From Cylindrospermopsis raciborskii Cr2010 (lineage in GTDB: Bacteria > Cyanobacteriota > Cyanobacteriia > Cyanobacteriales > Nostocaceae): 32,000 nucleotides of DNA. Location of the stretch: contig NZ_CP065936.1 of assembly GCF_003367075.2 (NCBI RefSeq), forward strand, positions 990,001 to 1,022,000, read 5' to 3'. The translations under genes and the position numbers were made by a program. Shown here piece after piece: positions 24,832-32,000 of this stretch (within the stretch, counting starts at the first letter, position 1; every line of letters starts with the position of its first letter). The notes under the pieces were generated by a model. That model did no database searches. It saw nothing but the letters and a program-made list of their open reading frames with translations, and was not told where the DNA came from.

Positions 24832-25256
24832 TTTATTAGTAGTTTGTTTAGTGATTGCAAGAGTTTTATCAACCCTTTGACTATTATGTTATTCCTAGTT
24901 AAAAAAGATGTAAATTCGGCTCTCTCACTTATTTAATGATGATTACCGTACTTATAGTTTCCTAATATAAACGTATTCAAGCAAAAATGATTTTTGATAC
25001 TCAACGGGATCACTATCAACTAGTATATGTTGGATAGCCAGCATTTATTATTGCTCTTCAAAACCCTCATATTAGTGCTTATACAAAAAAACATTGATAT
25101 TTCCAATGAATTTCCGATCGCAAAAACCATATTCGTGACAATTGAGTTAGAATTATTAAAGGTTTGTTACAGAGCTGGCAAAAGACCCCCATTTCTGATA
25201 TGCAAGCCCTATCTAGTTCTCAAATATAAAAACTCAAAAACTCACAAAGGCTCTCT

Positions 25257-27050
25257 ATGACGCTCCCAATTCGTAACGTCGCCATTATCGCCCACGTTGA
25301 CCACGGCAAAACTACCCTGGTTGATGCTCTCCTGAAACAGTCCGGCATTTTCCGCGAAGGCGAAGACGTTCCGGATTGTGTCATGGACTCCAATGATCTA
25401 GAGAGAGAGCGAGGCATTACTATTCTTTCCAAGAACACTGCGGTTAAGTATAAAGATACCCTAATCAATATTGTGGATACTCCCGGTCACGCTGACTTTG
25501 GTGGAGAGGTGGAACGGGTTCTGGGCATGGTTGATGGCTGTATACTAATTGTTGATGCCAATGAAGGACCAATGCCTCAAACCAGGTTTGTGTTGAAAAA
25601 GGCTTTGGAAAAGGGCTTACGTCCCATTGTGGTAATTAACAAAATCGACCGCGCTAAGGCTGATCCCCATGTGGCTGTTGATAAGGTTTTAGACCTGTTC
25701 CTGGAATTGGGTGCAGATGATGATCAGTGTGATTTTCCCTATCTATTCGCATCGGGAATGGCTGGTTATGCTAAAGAAACCCTGGAAGCAGAATCCGTAG
25801 ACATGAAACCCTTGTTTGAGGCAATCTTACGCCACGTTCCCGCACCGGTGGGTGACCCCCTCAAACCACTCCAACTACAAGTTACCACCCTGGACTATTC
25901 GGAATATCTGGGACGGATTGTAATTGGTAGAATCCATAATGGTACTATTCGCGCTGGACAACAGGCAGCTTTAGTAACAGAAACTGGCAATATTGTCAAG
26001 TCCAAAATTTCTAAACTGATGGGATTTGAAGGCTTAAAGCGAGTAGAACTAGAAGAAGCTTCTGCTGGCTATATTGTGGCAGTAGCTGGTTTCGCAGATG
26101 CTTATATTGGAGAAACTATTACAGACCCCAATGAACCCCAGGCATTACCACTCATTAAAGTGGATGAACCAACCTTACAGATGACCTTCTGGGTAAATGA
26201 TTCACCCTTTGCTGGACAGGAAGGTAAACTGGTCACATCTCGTCAAGTGCGCGATCGCCTGTTCCGCGAACTAGAAACCAACGTAGCTTTAAGGGTGGAA
26301 GAAACCGATTCACCTGATAAGTTCCACGTATCTGGTCGAGGTGAACTGCACTTGGGGATCTTGATTGAAACCATGCGTCGGGAAGGATATGAGTTCCAGG
26401 TTTCCCAACCTCAAGTAATCTACCGAGAAGTTAACGGTCAACCTTGTGAACCCTACGAACTGTTAGTATTAGACGTTCCCGCTGATGCTGTTGGTAGCTG
26501 TATAGAACGTTTGGGTCAACGTCGAGGAGAAATGCAAGATATGCAACCAAGAGCAGGCGATCGCACCCAATTAGAATTTGTGATTCCTGCTCGTGGTTTA
26601 ATTGGGTTCCGGGGGGAATTTATGCGCATGACCCGTGGTGAAGGTATTATGAACCACAGTTTCCTGGACTATCGCCCCCTTTCTGGAGAAATTGAAGCCC
26701 GCAACAAAGGTGTGTTAATTGCCTTTGAAGAAGGTGTTTCCACATTTTACGCCATGAAAAACGCGGAAGACCGTGGTGTATTCTTTATTCATCCTGGAAC
26801 CAAAGTCTACAAGGGTATGATTGTAGGTGAGCATAATCGTCCTCAAGACTTAGAACTGAATGTTTGTAAAACTAAGCAGTTAACTAACCACCGGGCATCG
26901 GGTGGGGACGAACTTGTGCAGTTACAAACACCAGTAGAAATGAGTTTAGAAAGGGCGTTAGAGTACATTGCTTCAGATGAGCTAGTAGAAGTAACACCCC
27001 AGTCCATACGTTTACGTAAGATGGTGAAGAAGCTGGCAAAACAAAGGTAA
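25257..27050 (+). CDS. typA: Translational GTPase TypA/BipA
   Basis: [38 protein letters not shown]; full-length 597 aa. Confidence 0.97.
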   Translation: MTLPIRNVAIIAHVDHGKTTLVDALLKQSGIFREGEDVPDCVMDSNDLERERGITILSKNTAVKYKDTLINIVDTPGHADFGGEVERVLGMVDGCILIVDANEGPMPQTRFVLKKALEKGLRPIVVINKIDRAKADPHVAVDKVLDLFLELGADDDQCDFPYLFASGMAGYAKETLEAESVDMKPLFEAILRHVPAPVGDPLKPLQLQVTTLDYSEYLGRIVIGRIHNGTIRAGQQAALVTETGNIVKSKISKLMGFEGLKRVELEEASAGYIVAVAGFADAYIGETITDPNEPQALPLIKVDEPTLQMTFWVNDSPFAGQEGKLVTSRQVRDRLFRELETNVALRVEETDSPDKFHVSGRGELHLGILIETMRREGYEFQVSQPQVIYREVNGQPCEPYELLVLDVPADAVGSCIERLGQRRGEMQDMQPRAGDRTQLEFVIPARGLIGFRGEFMRMTRGEGIMNHSFLDYRPLSGEIEARNKGVLIAFEEGVSTFYAMKNAEDRGVFFIHPGTKVYKGMIVGEHNRPQDLELNVCKTKQLTNHRASGGDELVQLQTPVEMSLERALEYIASDELVEVTPQSIRLRKMVKKLAKQR

Positions 27051-27069
27051 AATAATTGTGCCTCCCTAC

Positions 27070-28536
27070 CTAAATCTGTAAAATACGGGCAAAGAAGTCA
27101 GGAATGGGGAGGACAATTAGTAATAATAAAGCTATTGCCATCAACCCTAAAAAATCTCTTTTGTTGTCTAATTCTGTAATATCATTGAGAGCTGGTTCAT
27201 CAACTAGAGGAATAAACAATAACATAATTGCCCAGAATAAAAACTCTTGTCTAATAAAAGAAAGAATCAACAGAAGAAACCGAGCAAGTTGCCCGATTAA
27301 CATGGCAGTTCTCTGACCAAACATGGCATGAACAATATGACCACCATCCAATTGACCCACGGGCATTAAATTTAAGGCTGTGACTATTAGACCTAAAAGT
27401 CCCGCTACGGCTACAGGATGCAAATCTAGGGCTGAGTTAGCTGTTAATTGACCACCCAATACCAATTTAGATAGTAGGGCTAATAATATTGAATAACGAG
27501 GATTCAATGCGTCAGGATTTAAAATTCCTGCCTGTTGACTAATAGTCACGATTTCTGAATTGGCTAAACCCCACAATAGTAAGGGTAAAGTTGCCAAAAA
27601 ACCAGCCAATGGACCTGCTATACCCACGTCAAATAGAGCTTTTCGGTTGGGGATGGGACTTTTAATTTGAATAAATGCTCCAAATGTCCCCAAGAAAAAA
27701 GGTACGGGAATAAAATAGGGGAGGGTGGAATTGATTCTATACAATTTAGCAGTAAAATAGTGCCCCAGTTCATGAATACCCAAAATTGTCATTAACCCCA
27801 AAGCATAGGGTAAACCATAAATCATCAAAGACCAGTCAGCTTGTAATCTTCCTGCTTGAATTCCGGCAATTTGTACACCTATCCCAGTGGTGGTCACTAG
27901 GGTGAGTATTAATAGTGTTAATGCTGTGAACCCTTGGCGTAAATTGTCTTTTTCTCTCTCTTGTCTATTGCCCTGTTTGTTGGGAATTAGAACAAAGAAT
28001 GGTTTGCCATCTGCTCCTTCTTGAAAAATGACCAAAAAGCGATCCGCAAATTCTCTTTCAATATTGGTCTTAATCTGCTGATAGGTTTCCTGGGGATTGC
28101 CTCGTAAATGTCCACGACATATTACTGCTTGAGGTCTATACTCAATACTATGAATATAATATAAGGACCAAGGAAAACAATTTCTCAGATTTGTCTCTTC
28201 TCCTATTTCAATTGGTCTCACTGGTGACTGCTGTGGTTCGCTATTACTTATTGATGTTGATTCCCTATTCTCAGTTTCTCTATTTCTTTGTCCCCTGTTT
28301 CCAGAAATAAACAAAATCCAACATAAGAACACACTTAAAAATACACACGCAACAATGAATACTAATGGCGGTGATTGGGTTGAACCATAGATAATTGTCC
28401 AAAGTTCCCAAATAATTGCTGGGGCCATTAATATCAACCATAATAACCAGACAGGAACGCGGGTTATATGGGAAAGGACGTTTCTCACTATAACATAGAT
28501 AAACAGTCCTAATAACACTAGAAACCAAGATGTCAT
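27070..28536 (-). CDS. Site-2-protease-like M50 membrane metallopeptidase
   Basis: HELGHYFTAK (HExxH) and NLMPVGQLDGGHI, multiple TM segments, EGY1-like layout. Confidence 0.9.
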   Translation of the reverse strand: MTSWFLVLLGLFIYVIVRNVLSHITRVPVWLLWLILMAPAIIWELWTIIYGSTQSPPLVFIVACVFLSVFLCWILFISGNRGQRNRETENRESTSISNSEPQQSPVRPIEIGEETNLRNCFPWSLYYIHSIEYRPQAVICRGHLRGNPQETYQQIKTNIEREFADRFLVIFQEGADGKPFFVLIPNKQGNRQEREKDNLRQGFTALTLLILTLVTTTGIGVQIAGIQAGRLQADWSLMIYGLPYALGLMTILGIHELGHYFTAKLYRINSTLPYFIPVPFFLGTFGAFIQIKSPIPNRKALFDVGIAGPLAGFLATLPLLLWGLANSEIVTISQQAGILNPDALNPRYSILLALLSKLVLGGQLTANSALDLHPVAVAGLLGLIVTALNLMPVGQLDGGHIVHAMFGQRTAMLIGQLARFLLLILSFIRQEFLFWAIMLLFIPLVDEPALNDITELDNKRDFLGLMAIALLLLIVLPIPDFFARILQI

Positions 28537-28681
28537 ATTTTTTCAGATTTTTTCAGAGTTTGGGAGGTTCAGGATTTATCAGAAATATTGGACCCCAAAT
28601 GATCTATATTTGAAATTGATTAATGAACACGATTAATCCAGTATAATTGCTCTTAATTATTTTTCGAATCGTTATCAACTT

Positions 28682-29422
28682 ATGTCCTTAGCACCTCCAA
28701 CATCTAGTAATACAATAAAACCTCCACAAATTATACTATCTCAAGATCCGGAGGAGGAAGCAACAGTATCACCAGATACAAAATTTACCAATTCCCAAAA
28801 GTCAACCAAAATTTTAGCCTTTCCCCCAAATCGGGAAACTTTGGGTGGAACCTCCTATTTGATTGTCAGGAATGGGGGTAATATCCTCATTGATTGTCCC
28901 GCTTGGGAACAAATAGCTGGGAATCAGACCTACCTGCAAAAGGGTGCGGTACGTTGGTTGTTTATTAGTCATCGCGGTGCTATGGGTAAGGTTGCCCAAA
29001 TTCAACAAGCTCTTGACTGTGAAATTCTCATCCAAGAGCAGGAAGCCTATTTATTACCAGGTTTAACTCTCACCACTTTTAGTCAAGAACTGTCTGTTGA
29101 TCACACCACACAATTAATCTGGACTCCAGGTCATTCCCCAGGATCCTCTTGTCTATACTATCGCGAATTTGGAGGAATTTTATTTTCCGGAAGACATTTA
29201 GTCCCTAATCCCCAAGCTCAACTAGCACCATTTCGCACTGCAACAACTTTCCATTGGCCTAGACAACTCAAAAGTCTTGCTAAACTATGCGATCGCTTTT
29301 CTCCTGATACATTACAATACATCTGTCCAGGTGCTCATATTGGCTTTCTCCGGGGAAGATCTATTCTGGACCAAGGATATGAGCTATTGATGAATGGATA
29401 CCTTAATGCGCATCAAATATAG
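28682..29422 (+). CDS. Metallo-beta-lactamase-fold-like protein with degenerate metal motif
   Basis: NILIDCPAWEQ, WTPGHSPGSSCLYYREFGGILFSG; HxHxDH position reads SHRGAMGK. Confidence 0.7.
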   Translation: MSLAPPTSSNTIKPPQIILSQDPEEEATVSPDTKFTNSQKSTKILAFPPNRETLGGTSYLIVRNGGNILIDCPAWEQIAGNQTYLQKGAVRWLFISHRGAMGKVAQIQQALDCEILIQEQEAYLLPGLTLTTFSQELSVDHTTQLIWTPGHSPGSSCLYYREFGGILFSGRHLVPNPQAQLAPFRTATTFHWPRQLKSLAKLCDRFSPDTLQYICPGAHIGFLRGRSILDQGYELLMNGYLNAHQI

Positions 29423-29439
29423 CTTATACTCTATAATCG

Positions 29440-31182
29440 ATGGTTAATAATAGATTACTAATTATTGTATCAGTTGTAGGTGTGACCTTATCGGGATTAG
29501 CCACACTTATGATCAGTCATTGGGAAAAATCCAATCAGCAATTACGGTTCCAGCGACAAACTGAAAATCTAACCACAGCCTTACAACGTAGTTTAAATCG
29601 CTACATTGATATTATAGGATTTTTAGGAGACTATTACACCACAGATTATATACAAAAAGACAAAAAGCCAATTGATCGTTCATCCTTCAATAAATTTACC
29701 CATCGTTCAATCCAAATCTATTCTGGGATACAAGCTTTAGAATGGGCGCCTCTGATTTCCCACCAAGAGCGTTTTTCCTATGAAAAACAAATACAACTTG
29801 AAGGATACACAAATTTTCGCATTAGGGAATTAAACCAGCAAAATCAACTGGTAGTGGCTCAAAAACGTCCCTATTATTTTCCCGTAACTTATGTAGCGCC
29901 CTTCCAAGGTAATGAGTCTGCTTTCGGGTATGATCTTAATTCCCATCCTACTCGTAAAATAGCTATTAGTCAAGCTATTAAAACCAAACAGATAACCACT
30001 ACTGGGAGAATTCGTTTGGTACAAGAAAGACGGGATCAATTTGGATTTTTAGTTTTTTTACCAGTGGATGATCCACAGTCTAAAGAGAAGATGACATTGC
30101 CAATTAGGGGAGTTTTAATAGGTGTGTTTCGGTTGTCAGACGTAGTTGAAGAGTCCCTGAAAAACTTGCGATATAGCATTAACTTTATCATCCAAGATCA
30201 GGATGCAAAGTCAGGAGAAAAATTTCTGGGTCAGTATGACGCCACCCGTAAAACAGTTGTCAACCAATCCATACCAGTCACCAGAAATATCTATCACTAT
30301 TTTTTATGTTCCGATCCTCAAGTGTGTCAGAAAACTCTCAAAATGGGGCAACGAAAATGGAGGATTGAATTTTATCCATCACCAGATTATCCTGTAGAAC
30401 AACCCTACACCACTTTTGCCACTCTTATTATAGGATGTTTAATAACCAGTAGCCTGGTATTTTTCTTATATATTTTAAATCGAGATTTAGAAAAAACTAT
30501 AACTTTAAGTGAATTGAGATTTCGTTTTTTTTCCATGGCTTCCCATGAATTAAGAACTCCCTTGAGCACCATTTTATTATCTAGTGAAAGCCTGCAAATT
30601 AACTATGATCACCTGACAGAAACACAAAAACAATTTAATATTCAGCGTATTAACCTAACTGCTCGACAAATGAGCAGGCACATTAATGATTTATTACTTT
30701 TAAACAGATCCGAATTTCAAGAGTTAGAATTTCAACCTGAGATATTTAATTTAAAAGATTTTTGTCAGAAAATCATAGCAGAAATCCAGTTAACTACCGA
30801 TCACCCTATTGAGTTAGAATTTTCTCCTAAATTAACCCAAGTATTCTTAGATAAAAAATTGCTTCGTTCTATTCTAATTAATCTTCTAGATAATGCCATT
30901 AAATATTCCCCAAGTGCAATTCCAGTCCAACTGAGAATTACCCGAGAGGAAAAAAAAATTATTTGGCAAATTCAAGACTCTGGTATTGGCATTTCTCCCG
31001 ATGATAAACCTCATATCTATAACCCATTTTATCGAGGTAGTAATGTGGGAGAAATTGGGGGTACTGGATTGGGTCTAGCTATTGTCAGAGCTTGTATACA
31101 AAGACATAAGGGTGAATGGAAAATTGAAAGTGAACTAGGTCAAGGAACAGTGGTTATAGTGAAATTACCAATTTTTGAGTAG
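29440..31182 (+). CDS. Membrane sensor histidine kinase with N-terminal CHASE-like domain
   Basis: ASHELRTPLSTILLSSESLQ, LINLLDNAIKYSP, DSGIGISPDDKPHIYNPFYRG, GGTGLGLAIV; N-terminal ALEWAPLI-type CHASE block between hydrophobic helices. Confidence 0.93.
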   Translation: MVNNRLLIIVSVVGVTLSGLATLMISHWEKSNQQLRFQRQTENLTTALQRSLNRYIDIIGFLGDYYTTDYIQKDKKPIDRSSFNKFTHRSIQIYSGIQALEWAPLISHQERFSYEKQIQLEGYTNFRIRELNQQNQLVVAQKRPYYFPVTYVAPFQGNESAFGYDLNSHPTRKIAISQAIKTKQITTTGRIRLVQERRDQFGFLVFLPVDDPQSKEKMTLPIRGVLIGVFRLSDVVEESLKNLRYSINFIIQDQDAKSGEKFLGQYDATRKTVVNQSIPVTRNIYHYFLCSDPQVCQKTLKMGQRKWRIEFYPSPDYPVEQPYTTFATLIIGCLITSSLVFFLYILNRDLEKTITLSELRFRFFSMASHELRTPLSTILLSSESLQINYDHLTETQKQFNIQRINLTARQMSRHINDLLLLNRSEFQELEFQPEIFNLKDFCQKIIAEIQLTTDHPIELEFSPKLTQVFLDKKLLRSILINLLDNAIKYSPSAIPVQLRITREEKKIIWQIQDSGIGISPDDKPHIYNPFYRGSNVGEIGGTGLGLAIVRACIQRHKGEWKIESELGQGTVVIVKLPIFE

Positions 31183-31187
31183 ATCAC

Positions 31188-31580
31188 TTATTGATGACAT
31201 AATTGATCATACTTTCGCCATCCACCATAAATAGTAATTTCTTTTTGTCCTGCTACTAAAAAAGGCTCTGCTAACACTCCTAAAACTACTTTTTTATCAT
31301 CCAACTCAATTTTACCCACACACAACCCTGGTGGTTCTTGTATTAAAATATCAGCAATTCCCCCTAAAGGAACTTGCCAAATCTCCACACTAATAGATTT
31401 ACCTCCTTCCACATCACGAAGCATTCCCGGATATTGATCCTTAATTGACCATAGACGATAGCAGGGTGCTGTGAAAGATTCTCGGTCAAAAACCGCACCC
31501 ACGTTCAGCAAATTATTATTTAATTTTAGTCCCCTCATTAGAGTACCATTTACAGCAAATTCAATCATATTACTTACCAC
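31188..31580 (-). CDS. Allophanate-hydrolase-related (AtzF C-terminal domain-like) protein
   Basis: LFAVNGTLMRG-like MIEFAVNGTLMRGLKLNNNLLNVGA, YRLWSIKDQYPGMLR, GSISVEIWQVP-like GKSISVEIWQVPLGGIADILIQEPPGLCVGKI. Confidence 0.65.
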   Translation of the reverse strand: MVSNMIEFAVNGTLMRGLKLNNNLLNVGAVFDRESFTAPCYRLWSIKDQYPGMLRDVEGGKSISVEIWQVPLGGIADILIQEPPGLCVGKIELDDKKVVLGVLAEPFLVAGQKEITIYGGWRKYDQLCHQ

Positions 31581-31998
31581 TCCAGTGTATCAGACGCTTT
31601 TCTAGTCCTAAAAATAGCATGTTCAGCAGGTAGCCTAAACTCCCTGTAATTAAAATTGATGCGTACATGTCCCGAACATTTAAAATCTGTTGAGCATCAA
31701 TAATGCGCTTTCCTAATCCTTGTTGACTACCAATAAACATCTCAGAAACAATCACAATCACAAGAGCAATACTAATTCCACTGCGCAGACCAATAAAAGT
31801 TTGTGGTAAACTCTCCAACAATAATACATCCTTGAAAATTTGCCAACGATTTGCTCCCATAACCCTAGCAGCTAAAATTCGAGATTGTTTGGCATGAATT
31901 ACTCCGTAAGCACTATTGAAAACAATTAATAAAAAAGCACTAAATCCAGCAATTACCACCTTAGAAAAATCACTAATGCCAAAAAAGAGAATAAACAA
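31570..31998 (-). CDS. ABC transporter permease (nitrate/taurine/SsuC-like), 5' end cut by window
   Basis: ARVMGANRWQIFKDVLLLESLPQTFIGLRSGISIALVIVIVSEMF; ORF reaches the window edge. Confidence 0.85.
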   Translation of the reverse strand: MFILFFGISDFSKVVIAGFSAFLLIVFNSAYGVIHAKQSRILAARVMGANRWQIFKDVLLLESLPQTFIGLRSGISIALVIVIVSEMFIGSQQGLGKRIIDAQQILNVRDMYASILITGSLGYLLNMLFLGLEKRLIHWSGK

Positions 31999-32000
31999 GG

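Noticed and set aside
1-32000. CRISPR array, tRNA or rRNA genes
   Set aside because: No regularly spaced direct repeats with unique spacers and no recognisable tRNA/rRNA sequence seen on reading; the only tandem array is the coding 42-nt repeat. A tRNAscan/CRISPR tool was not run.

Overview
Cyanobacterial-looking chromosome segment (scattered HIP1 GCGATCGC octamers, AT-rich flanking genes). Left flank (minus strand): succinyl-CoA-ligase-like sucD/sucC pair and cysC. Centre (about 3.5-21.1 kb): polysaccharide/glycoconjugate-type accessory region with two GT2s, two GT4-type proteins (one a tandem two-domain fusion), an FAD-dependent UDP-galactopyranose-mutase/amine-oxidase-like protein, an ABC-2 exporter pair (Wzm/Wzt-like with extended Wzt C-terminus), four phytanoyl-CoA-dioxygenase-like (PhyH, Fe/2OG) modules, one fused to a SAM methyltransferase, a UbiA-like prenyltransferase, an internally deleted TnpB and a DUF2029/GT87-like membrane protein. 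Right flank: a scar built from duplicated pieces of sucC/cysC, aroE and a UPF0175 antitoxin gene, then a Uma2-type nuclease-fold gene with a 42-nt tandem repeat, an antitoxin plus internally deleted DUF3368 toxin, aroE, hsp20, typA/bipA, a site-2-protease-like M50 peptidase, an MBL-fold-like protein, a CHASE-type histidine kinase, an allophanate-hydrolase-related protein and a partial ABC permease. Most interesting: (1) three clustered PhyH modules in which the HxD metal-binding Asp reads as Asn, His and His, while the fourth keeps HTD; (2) the block between sucC-cysC and aroE is bracketed by direct repeats (about 390 bp, plus a second pair), with GC and HIP1 shifts that suggest an acquired island; (3) an unlisted 43-codon ORF coupled by ATGA to the UbiA gene; (4) a SucD homologue lacking the residues matching the E. 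coli catalytic His and Glu. Homology statements rest on motif recognition and memory; no searches were run.
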